This document shows, in pieces, positions 18,710-30,852 of a stretch of 64,000 nt of DNA; the first letter of the stretch is position 1, and the number at the start of each line of letters is the position of its first letter. The translations under genes were made by a program, and so were the position numbers. Below the pieces are notes generated by a model that was given only the letters and a program-made list of their open reading frames with translations, was not told the origin of the DNA and searched no databases. Source of the DNA: Armatimonadota bacterium (GTDB lineage Bacteria; Armatimonadota; UBA5829; DTJY01); the NCBI GenBank assembly GCA_023511795.1, contig JAIMAU010000001.1:138384-202383 (forward strand), in the 5' to 3' direction.

Positions 18710-19641
18710 GCGAAACTGAATTGCCTGCAAGCGAAATCGAAGGTAGAATTGAGGAACGTCCTCCGAGATATGTATTTGAGCCCATAGTAAGGTTAATGTT
18801 ATATCTGTTCACAGTTGGAGTGGGCTTAGTACTGGTGGGTTTTGCTATTGCCCCTTTTATTTTTGCTTTCAAAATAAGAGTCACGGATACCTTTGATTTT
18901 CAGAGCAACTTGCCTCCTGTGACTATCTATTACATCTCAGCGACGTATGCTGTTCTACTTATATCATTTGGCTTTGTCTTATTCGTTGATAAGTTGCCTC
19001 CAGAAGCACTTGGCTTCAACTTTAGAGAAAAATGGGCAAGGGAGTTGTTATTGGGTATTTCCATAGGTGCTCTCGCGACCAGCTTTATATTTATTATTTC
19101 GTACATCATGGGTTGGGTAAGAGTAACAGGCTTTATTTTCGAAAAGCCTCCTGCCAAAATTTTGTCCACCATTTTGCTCACCATCCTGCTGATGGTTTCA
19201 ATTGCGATTTTCGAGGAAACAATGGTTCGAGGATATGTGCTTCGAACCCTTAAATGGGGCTATGGCGCGTTTTCAGCTCTTATTATAAGCTCGGTGTTCT
19301 TCTCAATGCTTCATTTTCTTAATCCTGGAGCCACTATGCCTGGTTTTTTGGGCACAATGGCGGCAGGTATTGTTCTTGGTTATGGATATTTGGCAACAGG
19401 TCGCTTGTGGCTCCCAATAGGATTCCATTTCGGCTGGAATTTTTTCCTAGGCCCTGTGTTCGGCTTCCCAGTTAGTGGGGTTGAGTTCGATAGTTGGATT
19501 GAGCAGATAAGAACGGCGAATACCCTGTGGTTAGGCGGAGACTTCGGCCCCGAGGCCGGGCTTCTTTCTTTCATAGCCCTGGTACCCTCGGCTGTTGCCA
19601 TTCGATGGTTCACCCAGAAATCAGAAAAAGCACGGCCGTAA
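18697..19641 (+). CDS. CPBP family intramembrane glutamic endopeptidase (CAAX protease/Abi)
   Basis: Multi-TM protein with EETMVRGYVL (EExxxR) and FFSMLHF (FxxxH), the CPBP motifs. Confidence 0.7.
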   Translation: MQTMSETELPASEIEGRIEERPPRYVFEPIVRLMLYLFTVGVGLVLVGFAIAPFIFAFKIRVTDTFDFQSNLPPVTIYYISATYAVLLISFGFVLFVDKLPPEALGFNFREKWARELLLGISIGALATSFIFIISYIMGWVRVTGFIFEKPPAKILSTILLTILLMVSIAIFEETMVRGYVLRTLKWGYGAFSALIISSVFFSMLHFLNPGATMPGFLGTMAAGIVLGYGYLATGRLWLPIGFHFGWNFFLGPVFGFPVSGVEFDSWIEQIRTANTLWLGGDFGPEAGLLSFIALVPSAVAIRWFTQKSEKARP

Positions 19642-19729
19642 TGTAAATTATGGCATTTGACACCATTCCTCGAGGGTTGCTATAATTGCCCTGGCTTGTG
19701 ACCAACTCTCAGGGGGTGGCTAGTTATCC

Positions 19730-20461
19730 ATGAAAGGTGTAGTTCTCGCCGGCGGCCTTGGTACGCGCCTTTATCCACTTACATATGCAACTAATAAACA
19801 TTTGCTGCCTGTCTTTGATAAGCCAATGATTTTTTATCCAATCCAAACGCTTGTCAAAGCGGGCATAACAGAAGTGATGGTAGTCACAGGCGGGCCTCAT
19901 GCAGGTGACTTCCTTAGCGTGCTACAAAATGGCGAACAGCTTGGATTAAGACACCTTGAATATGCATACCAAGCTAAGGAAGGCGGTATTGCGGAGGCGC
20001 TTTCGTTGTGTGAAGATTTTGCCGACGGCGGAAGCATAACTGTAATTCTTGGAGACAATACAACCGATGCAGATATTGGCCCGGCAGTAAGGTCATTTAA
20101 ACAGGGTGCGCGAATATTCCTAAAGCGAGTACCCGACCCTGAGCGCTTTGGTGTCCCAGTTTTTGGCGAGGGCGGCAGGATTATTGCAATCGAGGAAAAG
20201 CCAAAAAAACCAAAGTCCGATTTTGCCGTTACGGGGTTGTACATCTATGACAGTCAGGTCTTTGAATTCATCCGAGAATGTAAGCCCTCGGCCCGCGGCG
20301 AGCTTGAAATTACAGATGTAAACAATTTATACATAAAAGCTGGCCAGCTGGATTGGGTTGAGCTTGAAGGTTTTTGGAGCGACGCTGGCACCTTTGAAAG
20401 CTTGTATCGCACTAACAAATTCTGGGCAGAAAAAGCACTCAAGGAAAAAGGGAAAACTTAA
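19730..20461 (+). CDS. Sugar-phosphate nucleotidyltransferase (glucose-1-phosphate thymidylyl/uridylyltransferase-like, short form)
   Basis: MKGVVLAGGLGTRLYPLTYATNKHLLPV is the G-x-G-T-R-L signature of the NTP-transferase family. Confidence 0.7.
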   Translation: MKGVVLAGGLGTRLYPLTYATNKHLLPVFDKPMIFYPIQTLVKAGITEVMVVTGGPHAGDFLSVLQNGEQLGLRHLEYAYQAKEGGIAEALSLCEDFADGGSITVILGDNTTDADIGPAVRSFKQGARIFLKRVPDPERFGVPVFGEGGRIIAIEEKPKKPKSDFAVTGLYIYDSQVFEFIRECKPSARGELEITDVNNLYIKAGQLDWVELEGFWSDAGTFESLYRTNKFWAEKALKEKGKT

Positions 20462-20582
20462 ATTTTGGTGGTATTTTCTGCGCTGTCTGCTGCCAATCAT
20501 CGGTTCCCCTCTTGACTCTTAACCTATGAGTCTTGTATTCTAAGCCTGCTTAATCGTTTAACCGGCATTTGGAGGTTCTCCC

Positions 20583-21839
20583 ATGAAGTACCTGCGCTGG
20601 CATATTGCCGGAATGCTAATGCTTGTAACAACAATCAGCTATTTGGACCGCCAGTCGCTTTCTGTAGCACAAGTTGAACTCGACCGCCATTTCCATATGA
20701 GCAACACAGACTATGGGTATATCACTTTTGCCTTCTTGATAGCCTACGGAATTATGCACCCCTTTATGGGCAGAATCATAGACTTGCTCACAACCAGGCG
20801 GGGAATGGCAGTTGCGGTTGCGTGGTGGTCCTTGGCAAATATTGCTCATGCATTTGCAGGCAGTGTATCTTCGTTTGCTTTTTTGAGAGCGCTGTTAGGA
20901 ATAGGAGAAGCAGGCAACTTCCCCGGCGCAGCAAAAGCTGTTGCAGAATGGTTCCCTCCTAAGGAGCGAGCGGTTGCAACAGGCATCTTCAATCTTGGCG
21001 CAGGATTAGGCGCGGCAATTGCTCCGCCGCTGATCGGAACACTTATCATTGCTTTCGGCTGGAGAGCCGCATTTATTGCGACAGGTTTAATTGGCTTTGT
21101 TTGGCTGTTTTTTTGGCTTCTCCTGTATCAACAGCCTGAAAAGAACCGCTTCCTTACAAAAGAGGAGCTGGCGTATATAAGAAGCGGACAGGCAGAGGAA
21201 AAGGTAGAAGACGTCGTGCAGCGCGGAATTTGGAAAGAGGTGCTTTCTCGAAGGGAACTTTGGGCGCTTATCGCGGCTAGGACTCTGACTGACCCCGTGT
21301 GGCTCTTTTTTACTATGTGGCTTCCAAAATATTTCAAGGCTGAACGGGGTTTTGACATAAAGCAAATCGCAATGTTTGTCTGGATACCATTTTTTGCCGC
21401 GGACGTGGGAAGCATTGTAGGTGGTGGGATCTCGGCTTACTTTATCAAGCGGGGTTGGCCAGTACTCACCGCTCGGAAAGTTGCTCTCCTCCTTAGCGCG
21501 GCGCTGATGCCGATGGTAATTCCTGCCGTGTTTGTCGAAAGCTGGAAATGGGCGCTTTTGTTTGTGTCCATACCACCATTTGCGCACCAGAGTTGGGCGG
21601 CAAGCGTACTTACTCTGCCTGGCGACCTTTTCCCAAAACGAATGGTGGCATCAGCATACGGCATCTCGGGAACCCTGGGAATTCTTGCTGGCGGAGTTGT
21701 TATGATACTTGTTGGCAAAATTGTAGATTTTGGAAGTTACATGCCAATTTTTATCGCCGCCGGCTTTATGCATCTCATTGCCGCAGCTATTATTTTTGCG
21801 CTAATTAGGCAGCGCAAAGTTCACCCAATTCCAACATAA
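20583..21839 (+). CDS. MFS transporter, anion:cation symporter family (hexuronate ExuT-like)
   Basis: It has 12 predicted TM helices. YLDRQSLSVAQ...MGRIIDLLTTRRGMAV is ExuT/ACS-family-like. Confidence 0.65.
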   Translation: MKYLRWHIAGMLMLVTTISYLDRQSLSVAQVELDRHFHMSNTDYGYITFAFLIAYGIMHPFMGRIIDLLTTRRGMAVAVAWWSLANIAHAFAGSVSSFAFLRALLGIGEAGNFPGAAKAVAEWFPPKERAVATGIFNLGAGLGAAIAPPLIGTLIIAFGWRAAFIATGLIGFVWLFFWLLLYQQPEKNRFLTKEELAYIRSGQAEEKVEDVVQRGIWKEVLSRRELWALIAARTLTDPVWLFFTMWLPKYFKAERGFDIKQIAMFVWIPFFAADVGSIVGGGISAYFIKRGWPVLTARKVALLLSAALMPMVIPAVFVESWKWALLFVSIPPFAHQSWAASVLTLPGDLFPKRMVASAYGISGTLGILAGGVVMILVGKIVDFGSYMPIFIAAGFMHLIAAAIIFALIRQRKVHPIPT

Positions 21840-21916
21840 TTTTGTGCTTACTATAATAACCCCCACCAACTGAACGCTGTCTTAAATGTTTTAAGGCAAA
21901 TTTAAGTATGGAAAAC

Positions 21917-21945
21917 TTGACTCTATTTTTGTAATGTGTTATTAT
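21917..21945 (+). promoter_or_regulatory. Sigma70 promoter (TTGACT, 17-nt spacer, TATTAT) driving the T-box leader
   Basis: -35 at 21917-21922 and -10 at 21940-21945. Confidence 0.45.
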
Positions 21946-21952
21946 GCTCAGA

Positions 21953-22285
21953 CAACTACATTTTGCAAATGCGTTGAAGAGGCTAGTAGACAGAATAGGG
22001 CCGTTTCAGAGAGTTGCCGGATGGTGCGAGGCAACGCGGGCGTCTGTCGAATCTCACCTCGGAGCATGAGAGCCGAAAACCGTATGGGTCGAATGGAAGA
22101 AATGAGTCGAACGTTCTTCCATTTTGCCCGCCGGGCCAAGTAAGTTCTCACGGTTGGCGGCCGTTATCCTGCTAAGAGCGGGCCAAGTAGCTTCACCTTC
22201 AATTTTAGAAGCGCTTTGGTCAAACCAGGGTGGTACCGCGTGAGAGTTAGCCTCTCGTCCCTTTGGGCCGAGAGGCGTTTGTGCA
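21953..22285 (+). promoter_or_regulatory. T-box riboswitch leader of the ilv-leu operon, probably with a CUC (Leu) specifier
   Basis: The conserved T-box sequence AAACCAGGGTGGTACCGCG lies at 22222-22240. A terminator hairpin GCCTCTCG...CGAGAGGC + GTTTGTG is at about 22250-22285. Stem I has the K-turn-like GTTGAAGAGG and, on its 3' strand, CTC-A-CCTC (22063-22070) pairing back to GAGG. Confidence 0.7.
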
Positions 22286-22370
22286 AATTTAAACCAAGTT
22301 GTATTTCACTTGAGTTTGCCAAGTTTTTAATGACAATCTATATAAAAGCAACAGATAGAAATTTTAAGAG

Positions 22371-24041
22371 GTGACAAGCGTGAGAAGCGATGCCGTGAAA
22401 AAGGGGTTGGAGCGTGCTCCCCACAGAATGCTATTTTATGCCGACGGATTGACAAAGGAGGAAATGGCAAGGCCGCTTATTGGAGTTGTAAACTCAGCAA
22501 ACGAAATTGTACCTGGCCATATCCATCTGGATAAAATTGCAGAGGCTGTCAAGGCTGGAATCCGAATGGCAGGCGGAACTCCGCTCGAGTTCGGCATGAT
22601 AGGAATCTGCGACGGGATTGCGATGGGACACGAAGGGATGAAATACTCCCTGGCAAGCAGAGAGCTTATTGCAGACTCGGTAGAATCAATGACAATTGCG
22701 CATGGTTTGGATGCACTTGTACTCATTCCAAACTGCGACAAGATTATACCGGGAATGCTAATGGCAGCTGCACGTTTGAATATTCCTGCGATAGTAATAA
22801 GTGGCGGACCAATGCTTGCGGGCTTCTATAAGGGAGAGGCGATATCTTTCACAAAGGTTATGGAAGGTGTAGGCGCAGTTGCAAGCGGCAAAATGACGGA
22901 GGAGGAGCTGGCACAAATTGAAGAGGTTGCTTGCCCTGGCTGTGGTTCATGTGCTGGAATGTTCACGGCAAACTCAATGAACTGTCTGACAGAAGCTCTT
23001 GGGATGGGGCTTCCAGGGAACGGCACGATACCGGCAGTTGCTTCTGCACGCATTCGCTTGGCGAAGCAGGCAGGCATGGCAATTATGAACCTCCTTGAGA
23101 AGCAAATCAAGCCTAGGGATATTATGACAAAAGGTGCGTTCGAGAATGCAATTGCAGTTGATATGGCACTTGGTTGTTCGACAAACACCGTGCTCCACGT
23201 GCTTGCGATTGCCAATGAGGCCCGCGTTAAACTCGATCTTGATGATTTCAATAAGCTGAGTGCACGAACACCGCACCTCTGTAGTCTCAGCCCTGCAGGG
23301 AAGCACCATCTGGAAGACTTGGACCAAGCTGGCGGGATACCTGCGGTTATGAATGAACTCCTTAAAAATGGCTTGCTTCCATCGCCAGATAACATAACGG
23401 CGACTGGCAAAACTGTCCGAGAAAATATAAGTAAGCGTGAAATCCTACGGCCTGACGTAATACGTTCTGTCGCAAGTCCATATCACGCAGAAGGAGGTTT
23501 AGCCATCCTGCGAGGCAATATTGCCCAGGATGGTGCGGTTGTAAAGCAGTCCGCTGTTGCGCCTGAAGTGCTTAAATTCTCCGGCCCAGCAGTTGTTTTC
23601 GATTCAGAGGACGCGGCGACTTCAGCAATTCTTAGTGGCAAGCTCCCTAAAGGCTCCGTTATTGTGGTTCGATATGAAGGGCCGAAAGGTGGACCAGGAA
23701 TGCGCGAAATGCTTTTCCCAACAGCTGCTGTTGTAGGCATGGGACTTGAGACAGAGATGGCGCTCATAACTGACGGGCGATTCTCTGGTGCATCGAAAGG
23801 GTGCTCTATTGGCCACATCTCGCCCGAAGCTGCCGAGGGCGGCAATATCGCGTTGTTAAAGGATGGCGACATCATTGATATAGACATCCCAGCTAAAACA
23901 ATCAATGTTAGGCTATCCGACGAAGAGCTGGCAAAGAGGCGTGCATCATGGACTGCCCCTGAGCCAAAAGTGAAAGAAGGATATCTCGCTCGATATGCAC
24001 GATGTGTTACATCTGCCGGCACTGGAGCGATCGTAAAATAG
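22371..24041 (+). CDS. ilvD: Dihydroxy-acid dehydratase
   Basis: GTG start. It has the [11 protein letters not shown] Fe-S ligand motif and full-length IlvD/EDD-family similarity ([17 protein letters not shown]...). Confidence 0.9.
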   Translation: MTSVRSDAVKKGLERAPHRMLFYADGLTKEEMARPLIGVVNSANEIVPGHIHLDKIAEAVKAGIRMAGGTPLEFGMIGICDGIAMGHEGMKYSLASRELIADSVESMTIAHGLDALVLIPNCDKIIPGMLMAAARLNIPAIVISGGPMLAGFYKGEAISFTKVMEGVGAVASGKMTEEELAQIEEVACPGCGSCAGMFTANSMNCLTEALGMGLPGNGTIPAVASARIRLAKQAGMAIMNLLEKQIKPRDIMTKGAFENAIAVDMALGCSTNTVLHVLAIANEARVKLDLDDFNKLSARTPHLCSLSPAGKHHLEDLDQAGGIPAVMNELLKNGLLPSPDNITATGKTVRENISKREILRPDVIRSVASPYHAEGGLAILRGNIAQDGAVVKQSAVAPEVLKFSGPAVVFDSEDAATSAILSGKLPKGSVIVVRYEGPKGGPGMREMLFPTAAVVGMGLETEMALITDGRFSGASKGCSIGHISPEAAEGGNIALLKDGDIIDIDIPAKTINVRLSDEELAKRRASWTAPEPKVKEGYLARYARCVTSAGTGAIVK

Positions 24042-24057
24042 GACGGAGGAATGTAGT

Positions 24058-25734
24058 TTGAAGATAACAGGAGCACAGGCATTATTGGAATCCTTAAGAC
24101 GCGAAGGTGTTGAGGTTATATTTGGTTTTCCAGGAGGCGTCATGCTTCCTATATACGACTGCCTGTACGACTGCAAGGATATTCGACATATACTTGTAAG
24201 GCACGAGCAGGGCGCAGCCCATGCGGCTGATGGTTATGCTCGTGCGACCGGAAAAGTAGGAGTTTGTTGTGCGACATCTGGCCCAGGAGCAACAAATCTA
24301 GTAACAGGAATTGCTACTGCATATATGGATTCGATTCCCATAGTCGCAATCACTGGGCAGGTGAGAACAACGGCGCTTGGTAAGGATTCCTTCCAAGAAG
24401 CCGATATCACCGGAATCACCATGCCGATTACTAAGCACAACTTCCTCGTGAAAAATAGCAAAGATGTGCCAGAGATTGTGGCGGAAGCGTTTCATATCGC
24501 TCGCACAGGTCGTCCTGGCCCTGTGCTTATAGACATGCCTATGGATGTATCTTTAGGTGTGATTGACTACAAACCTGTAACCAATGTTGACATCCCATCA
24601 TACAAGCCGAACACTGTGGGTCATCCACTTCAAATTAAAAAGGCGGCAAAGCTAATAGCATCTGCTGAGCGTCCAGTGATATACGCCGGCGGGGGTGTGA
24701 TTTCCTCAGGTGCCAGTCCTGAACTTTTGGAGCTGAGCGAGCGCACTAGTATTTTGGTGACAACTACACTTCTAGGCAAAGGAGCGTTCCCCGAGACCCA
24801 TCCAAACTCGCTTGGCATGCTGGGAATGCATGGAACGGCTTATGCGAACTATGCCGTAGCGCATTGTGATTTGCTGATTGCCATCGGCGCTCGGTTTGAT
24901 GATCGTGTTACAGGCAAACTGGATGCTTTTGCCCAAAAAGCGAAAGTCATCCATATAGACATTGACCCAGCCGAGATTGGCAAAACAGTGCATGTGGATG
25001 TGCCAATTGTCGGCGACTGCAAGCTTGTTCTCCAGGACTTGCTTAAATATGTTGAGCCCCGCAAGCCAACTAGTTGGAATGAACAAGTTATGAAGTGGAA
25101 GGCTGAATATCCGCTCCATTACAGTGAGAACGGTTTGCTTCCGCAGTATGTGATTGAGAAAATTTGGGAAGTCACAAACGGTGAGGCGGTAGTTGCGACA
25201 GGCGTTGGCCAGCATCAGATGTGGGCCGCCCAGTTTTATAAGTGTAAATACCCGCGTCAATTCCTATCATCTGGCGGTCTTGGAACTATGGGTTTTGGTT
25301 TCCCAGCAGGAATCGGAGCGAAGGTTGGGCGACCCAATGATATTGTATTTGTAATTGATGGCGACGGCAGCTTCCAAATGACCTTACAAGAGCTAATTGT
25401 GGCTGTGGAAAATAAAATTGCCGTGAAGGTGGCTATCTTAAATAACCAGTATCTCGGCATGGTGCGGCAGTGGCAGGAGCTGTTCTGGAACCGTCGCTAT
25501 GCAGGAGTGGATATCGCTGCTCAGCCGGACTTTGTAAAACTTGCAGAGGCGTATGGTGCGGTTGGCATGCGCATTGAGAAAAAGGAGCAAGTTGTTGATG
25601 CTCTTAAAAAATCACTGGAATACGACAATGTGCCTGTGATTATGGACTTCCATATCGAGCGCGAAGAAAACGTCTTTCCAATGATCCCTGCTGGGCAGAG
25701 CATCGAGGAAATGATGGTTCGACGACCAAAGTAA
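24058..25734 (+). CDS. ilvB: Acetolactate synthase large (catalytic) subunit
   Basis: TTG start 8 nt after GGAGGA. TPP-enzyme motifs: [12 protein letters not shown], the [13 protein letters not shown]...NN TPP-binding fold, and GMHG. Confidence 0.9.
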   Translation: MKITGAQALLESLRREGVEVIFGFPGGVMLPIYDCLYDCKDIRHILVRHEQGAAHAADGYARATGKVGVCCATSGPGATNLVTGIATAYMDSIPIVAITGQVRTTALGKDSFQEADITGITMPITKHNFLVKNSKDVPEIVAEAFHIARTGRPGPVLIDMPMDVSLGVIDYKPVTNVDIPSYKPNTVGHPLQIKKAAKLIASAERPVIYAGGGVISSGASPELLELSERTSILVTTTLLGKGAFPETHPNSLGMLGMHGTAYANYAVAHCDLLIAIGARFDDRVTGKLDAFAQKAKVIHIDIDPAEIGKTVHVDVPIVGDCKLVLQDLLKYVEPRKPTSWNEQVMKWKAEYPLHYSENGLLPQYVIEKIWEVTNGEAVVATGVGQHQMWAAQFYKCKYPRQFLSSGGLGTMGFGFPAGIGAKVGRPNDIVFVIDGDGSFQMTLQELIVAVENKIAVKVAILNNQYLGMVRQWQELFWNRRYAGVDIAAQPDFVKLAEAYGAVGMRIEKKEQVVDALKKSLEYDNVPVIMDFHIEREENVFPMIPAGQSIEEMMVRRPK

Positions 25735-25754
25735 GTTCGGAGGGACAATTAGAA

Positions 25755-26240
25755 ATGCAACATACGATAACAGCTTTAGTTGAAAACAAACCTGGTGTTC
25801 TAGCTCGGGTTGCGGGGCTATTTGCCCGCAGGGGGTTCAATATCGAGTCACTAGCCGTTAGTATAACCGAGGACCCTTCGGTGTCTCGAATGACAATCGT
25901 GGTTGGTGGAGACGATGCAGTGCTCGAACAGATTACAAAACAGCTCAACAAGCTAATTGACGTAATCAAGGTTGTCGATTATAAGGGAATTCCAATTGTG
26001 GAACGAGAGCTTGCATTGATTAAAGTCAACGCCGATGCTGGCGTACGCTCGGAGATTATGCAGATTGTAGACATTTTTCGCGCTAAAATTATCGATGTTA
26101 GCGAAAAAACGTTCACAGTGGAAGTCACAGGCAGCGTTGATAAGATTAACGCAATTGAAAAGCTTCTTGAGAGCTATGGAATTAAGGAAGTCGTCCGCAC
26201 TGGCCGCATCGCCATGATGCGCGGTGCCAAAACTCCATAA
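25755..26240 (+). CDS. ilvN: Acetolactate synthase small (regulatory) subunit
   Basis: ACT domain [33 protein letters not shown], the classic IlvH/IlvN start. Confidence 0.85.
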   Translation: MQHTITALVENKPGVLARVAGLFARRGFNIESLAVSITEDPSVSRMTIVVGGDDAVLEQITKQLNKLIDVIKVVDYKGIPIVERELALIKVNADAGVRSEIMQIVDIFRAKIIDVSEKTFTVEVTGSVDKINAIEKLLESYGIKEVVRTGRIAMMRGAKTP

Positions 26241-26342
26241 GCATAGCGAAGATAATAAGTAGCATTCGAGGAAATCTTTTCTCGAAAGGTAGCTTTTTCT
26301 TATAAAGTTCTTGGGCTTAGATAAAAAAGCGGGAGGTAAACA

Positions 26343-27341
26343 ATGGCAAAAGTTTATTATGATCAGGATGCTAATCTCGATGTGTTGAAGGGGCGAAAGG
26401 TTGCAATCATTGGCTATGGGAGTCAGGGCCATGCCCAGGCGCAAAATCTAAGAGATAGCGGCGTTGATGTAATCGTCAGCGACCTTCCTGGCACGCCAAA
26501 TTGGGAAAAGGCGATTGAGGATGGTTTCAAACCAGTATCGGCGGCGGAAGCTTCATCGGAAGCAAGCATCATCCAAATCCTTACAGAGGACGAGGTTCAG
26601 CCAAAGGTTTACAAGAGCGAAGTTGAGATGAACCTTACTGAGGGTAAAGCCCTATTATTTTCGCATGGTTTTAATATTCATTTTGGGCAGATAGTTCCAC
26701 CGGCGAACGTTGATGTGATAATGGTTGCGCCCAAAGGCCCAGGTCATCTTGTGCGTCGGCAATATACCGAAGGCGCAGGCGTCCCAGCTCTAATTGCTGT
26801 GCAACAAGATGCTTCTGGCAAGGCAAAAGAGATAGCGCTGGCATATGCAAAAGGAATCGGTGCGACGAGGGTAGGCGTCCTAGAGACCACCTTTAAGGAA
26901 GAAACTGAAACAGACCTCTTTGGCGAGCAAGCTGTGCTGTGTGGCGGGGCGACATCCCTTGTTATTGCTGGTTTCGAGACGCTAGTTGAGGCAGGTTACC
27001 AACCGGAAATTGCGTACTTCGAGTGTTTGCATGAGTTGAAGCTTATCGTAGATCTTATGTACGAAGGCGGTATCAGCTGGATGAGATATTCAATCAGCAA
27101 TACCGCAGAATATGGCGACTATACTCGCGGGCCGCGGATAATCAATGAAAATACGCGTGCTGAAATGAAGCGCATTCTAGGCGAAATCCAAAGAGGCGAA
27201 TTCGCAAAGGAATGGATACTTGAAAATGCAGCCAACCGACCAGTTTTCAATGCGGCTCGGAGGATGGCAAAAGAGCATATGATTGAAGAGGTAGGTGCAC
27301 GCCTTCGCGAAATGATGCCGTATTTGAAAAAGAAGCGGTAA
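26343..27341 (+). CDS. ilvC: Ketol-acid reductoisomerase
   Basis: [41 protein letters not shown] is the canonical IlvC N-terminus. Confidence 0.9.
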   Translation: MAKVYYDQDANLDVLKGRKVAIIGYGSQGHAQAQNLRDSGVDVIVSDLPGTPNWEKAIEDGFKPVSAAEASSEASIIQILTEDEVQPKVYKSEVEMNLTEGKALLFSHGFNIHFGQIVPPANVDVIMVAPKGPGHLVRRQYTEGAGVPALIAVQQDASGKAKEIALAYAKGIGATRVGVLETTFKEETETDLFGEQAVLCGGATSLVIAGFETLVEAGYQPEIAYFECLHELKLIVDLMYEGGISWMRYSISNTAEYGDYTRGPRIINENTRAEMKRILGEIQRGEFAKEWILENAANRPVFNAARRMAKEHMIEEVGARLREMMPYLKKKR

Positions 27342-27433
27342 AGCGCAACAAGTAGCAAGCATATTAAAGCCTTTCGTTAATGTCTTTTGTAGCTGCTTGA
27401 TACTTGTAGCTTGTTTCTTTCGGGGGCATTCTT

Positions 27434-28984
27434 ATGAGCAGGAGAATACTTATATTTGATACCACGCTCAGAGACGGCGAACAATCGCCCGGAGCAAGCA
27501 TGAATATCGAGGAAAAATTGGAGGTGGCAAAGCAACTTGCCCGCCTGAATGTAGATGTAATTGAGGCGGGGTTCCCCATCTCATCTCCAGGAGATTTTGA
27601 GGCAGTCAAGACGATTGCCCAGCAGATTAAAGGCCCAGCAATCGCCGGTTTGTGTCGGGCGAACGATGCCGATATTGACCGTACGTGGGAGGCAGTTCGG
27701 TACTCCAATAAGCCCTATATACATACCTTCATTGCAACGTCTGATATTCATCTTGAGAGAAAACTAAAGAAATCCAGAGAAGAGGTTCTCGACCTGGCTG
27801 TAAAGGCAGTCAAGCGTGCCAAATCTTACTGCGAAAATGTGGAGTTCTCTGCCGAAGATGCATCGAGGACAGATATTGACTATCTGTGTCAAGTTGTAGA
27901 GGCGGTAATAGATGCTGGCGCCACCGTGGTCAACATTCCCGATACAGTCGGCTATGCTGTGCCGCATGAGTTCGCGAATATCATTAGGACGTTGCTAGAC
28001 AGGGTGCCGAATATCAATAAATGCATACTGAGCGTCCATTGCCATAACGACCTTGGGTTGGCAGTTGCAAATTCATTGGCGGCGGTGCTTGCAGGTGCGG
28101 GCCAGGTGGAGTGTACGATAAATGGGATTGGCGAGCGTGCGGGTAATGCCGCACTTGAGGAGGTTGTGATGGCAATTAATACCCGCAAAGACATCTTCGA
28201 TGTTACAACGGGTGTAAACACAAAAGAGATTTACCGCGCTAGCAGGCTTGTGAGCGACGTCACTGGTTTGCAGGTTCAGGCAAACAAGGCAATTGTTGGA
28301 AGCAATGCTTTTGCGCATGAGGCGGGAATCCATCAGCACGGCGTAATCCAGGATAAAAGAACCTATGAGATTATAGACGCAGAGGATATAGGCCTTTCTG
28401 AGAGCAAGCTTGTGCTTGGGAAACATTCGGGGCGCCATGCATTTGAAAAGCGGCTTAGCGAGCTTGGTTACGAGCTTACTCGTGAAGAACTTGACAAGGC
28501 ATTTGCAAGGTTCAAAGAAGTGGCCGACAAAAAGAAGGAAATATTCGATGAGGATTTGGAAGCCTTAGTCGCCGACGAAGTTCATGCTATTCCTGAAACA
28601 TATCAGCTGACGTACATGACTGTGATGACTAGCCTTGAGGGGATTCCCACTGCTACAATCAAAATCGCTACGCCTAATGGCGAGCTGAGCGACTGTGGAA
28701 CTGGTGTTGGTTCGGTGGACGCAGTATACAAAACGATTGACAAAATTATCAGAGTTCCACACACTCTAAAAGATTATATCGTAAAAGCAGTAACAGGCGG
28801 CACCGATGCTTTGGGTGAAGTTACTGTGAAGTTAGCAGATGATAGGAACGTTTATACAGGCAGAGGTGCTAGCCTCGATATCGTGGAAGCAAGCGCCAAG
28901 GCATACATCCAGGCTATTAACAAACTAGTCTATTATCAAGCAAAGCGTGGCAACAGCCGCGCAGGTGAAAAGCCTGTGCTTTAG
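27434..28984 (+). CDS. leuA: 2-isopropylmalate synthase
   Basis: [17 protein letters not shown]...[17 protein letters not shown] are HMGL-like motifs. The LeuA dimer/regulatory C-terminal domain is also present. Confidence 0.9.
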   Translation: MSRRILIFDTTLRDGEQSPGASMNIEEKLEVAKQLARLNVDVIEAGFPISSPGDFEAVKTIAQQIKGPAIAGLCRANDADIDRTWEAVRYSNKPYIHTFIATSDIHLERKLKKSREEVLDLAVKAVKRAKSYCENVEFSAEDASRTDIDYLCQVVEAVIDAGATVVNIPDTVGYAVPHEFANIIRTLLDRVPNINKCILSVHCHNDLGLAVANSLAAVLAGAGQVECTINGIGERAGNAALEEVVMAINTRKDIFDVTTGVNTKEIYRASRLVSDVTGLQVQANKAIVGSNAFAHEAGIHQHGVIQDKRTYEIIDAEDIGLSESKLVLGKHSGRHAFEKRLSELGYELTREELDKAFARFKEVADKKKEIFDEDLEALVADEVHAIPETYQLTYMTVMTSLEGIPTATIKIATPNGELSDCGTGVGSVDAVYKTIDKIIRVPHTLKDYIVKAVTGGTDALGEVTVKLADDRNVYTGRGASLDIVEASAKAYIQAINKLVYYQAKRGNSRAGEKPVL

Positions 28985-28997
28985 ATTGAGGTACAAT

Positions 28998-30260
28998 ATG
29001 GGCCAAACAATAACACAAAAGATACTCGCAGCTCATGCTGATAAGGATCAAGTCGAACCAGGCGAACTAGTTACAATAAAGTTGGATTTTATGCTTGGGA
29101 ACGACATTACTGCTCCAATAGCGATTCGTGAATTCAAGCAGATTGGCGTTGATTGCGTGTTCGACAAAGAGCGTATCGCCCTTGTTCCAGACCATTACAC
29201 GCCAGCAAAGGATATGAAAGCCGCTCAGCAAGTTAAAGAAATGCGAGAATTCGCCCATGAATATGGCATTACAAACTTTTTTGAAGTTGGTCGCGTTGGC
29301 GTCGAACATACACTTCTTCCCGATGAAGGACTTGTAGTACCCGGTGATGCCGTTATCGGGGCTGATTCCCATACATGTACATATGGTGCGCTGGGGCTCT
29401 TTTCAACCGGCGTGGGAAGCACAGACCTAGCAGCAGCGATGGCACTAGGTGAAACTTGGGTCCGGGTGCCGGAGACCATCAAGTTCGTTTATTATGGTAA
29501 ATTAAACAAGTGGGTTGGCGGAAAAGACTTGATACTCTACACAATTGGTAAGATTGGTGTGGACGGGGCGCTCTACTGCTCGATGGAATTCACAGGGGAA
29601 ACCATTTCTTTTCTGCCAATGGCTGACCGTTTCACGATGTGCAACATGGCAATCGAAGCTGGCGGCAAAAACGGCATAATGCATGTTGACGATACTACAC
29701 TTGAATATGTAAAGCCGCGTGCAAAACGTCCTTGGAAGGTCTATGCAAGCGATTCTGACGCCTTGTATAAAGAAATAATCGAGATTGACGTCTCTGAAAT
29801 TGAGCCTCAGGTTGCATTTCCACATCTTCCGGAAAACACAAGGCCCGTAAGTCAAGCAAGCGACATACGGATTGACCAAGCAGTAATTGGCTCTTGTACA
29901 AATGGTCGCATCGAAGACCTGCGAATCGCTGCAAGCGTCTTAAAAGGACGCAGGGTCCATCCTGATGTGCGGCTAATCATTATTCCTGCAACTCAGGAAA
30001 TTTGGCAACAGGCAATGCGTGAAGGGCTTTTTGATATATTTATTGAGGCTGGTGCAGCCGTAAGCACGCCGACGTGTGGCCCCTGTCTTGGAGGGCACAT
30101 GGGATGCCTTGCAGAGGGTGAGCGGGCAATTGCTACAACCAACCGCAATTTCGTAGGCAGGATGGGCCACGTCAAGTCGGAAGTTTATCTGTCAAATCCT
30201 GCAATTGCGGCGGCCTCTGCTGTTTTGGGCAGGATAGGAAGTCCAGAAGAACTCAATTGA
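28998..30260 (+). CDS. leuC: 3-isopropylmalate dehydratase large subunit
   Basis: [14 protein letters not shown] start, aconitase-family motifs and Cys ligands (GSCTNGR..., TCGPCLG). Confidence 0.9.
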   Translation: MGQTITQKILAAHADKDQVEPGELVTIKLDFMLGNDITAPIAIREFKQIGVDCVFDKERIALVPDHYTPAKDMKAAQQVKEMREFAHEYGITNFFEVGRVGVEHTLLPDEGLVVPGDAVIGADSHTCTYGALGLFSTGVGSTDLAAAMALGETWVRVPETIKFVYYGKLNKWVGGKDLILYTIGKIGVDGALYCSMEFTGETISFLPMADRFTMCNMAIEAGGKNGIMHVDDTTLEYVKPRAKRPWKVYASDSDALYKEIIEIDVSEIEPQVAFPHLPENTRPVSQASDIRIDQAVIGSCTNGRIEDLRIAASVLKGRRVHPDVRLIIIPATQEIWQQAMREGLFDIFIEAGAAVSTPTCGPCLGGHMGCLAEGERAIATTNRNFVGRMGHVKSEVYLSNPAIAAASAVLGRIGSPEELN

Positions 30261-30302
30261 GATTGGTGCTGAATTTAGATTTTGAAAAATATTAAAGAGC
30301 AA

Positions 30303-30830
30303 ATGGAGATAGTGCAGATTATGATTTTCAGAGGCAAAGTCCATAAATATGGTAGCAACGTAGATACGGATGTCATTATCCCTGCGCGCTACCTCGTCAC
30401 GTCTGACCCTGCAGAGTTAGCAGCGCACTGCATGGAGGATATAGACCCCGATTTCGTGAAGAGAGTGCAGCCAGGCGATATCATTGTCGCTGAAGAAAAT
30501 TTTGGTTGTGGTTCGTCTCGAGAACATGCGCCAATAGCAATCAAAGCTTCGGGAATATCCTGTGTAATCGCAAAAACATTCGCTAGAATCTTTTATCGGA
30601 ACTCATTTAACATTGGGCTACCAATACTCGAATGCCCAGAAGCGGTTGATGGTATTTCTGCTGGCGACGAAGTAGAAGTTGAAACATCAACAGGTAAAAT
30701 TGTCAACTTGACGACTTGCAAAGCATTTCAGGCAAGGCCTTTCCCCGAATTTATCCAACAGCTAATTTTGGCAGGCGGCCTGATTCCCTATGCGCGTGAA
30801 AGGGTCAAAGCTCTAAAAAAGTGCCGCTGA
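30303..30830 (+). CDS. leuD: 3-isopropylmalate dehydratase small subunit
   Basis: [13 protein letters not shown] and GCGSSREHA are aconitase swivel-domain motifs. The start is ambiguous: TTG 30282, ATG 30303 or ATG 30321. Confidence 0.85.
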   Translation: MEIVQIMIFRGKVHKYGSNVDTDVIIPARYLVTSDPAELAAHCMEDIDPDFVKRVQPGDIIVAEENFGCGSSREHAPIAIKASGISCVIAKTFARIFYRNSFNIGLPILECPEAVDGISAGDEVEVETSTGKIVNLTTCKAFQARPFPEFIQQLILAGGLIPYARERVKALKKCR

Positions 30831-30852
30831 TTGCGGCAGAGGTGACTGTATT

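Noticed and set aside
21087-21587. 166-aa minus-strand ORF inside the MFS transporter gene
   Set aside because: Antisense to a 12-TM transporter frame. It is Lys/Arg-rich, a typical translation of the reverse of hydrophobic codons.
22826-24082. Minus-strand ORFs (194, 117, 199 aa) within ilvD
   Set aside because: Antisense to a highly conserved ilvD reading frame. The biased Ala/Ser/Pro composition marks them as shadow ORFs.
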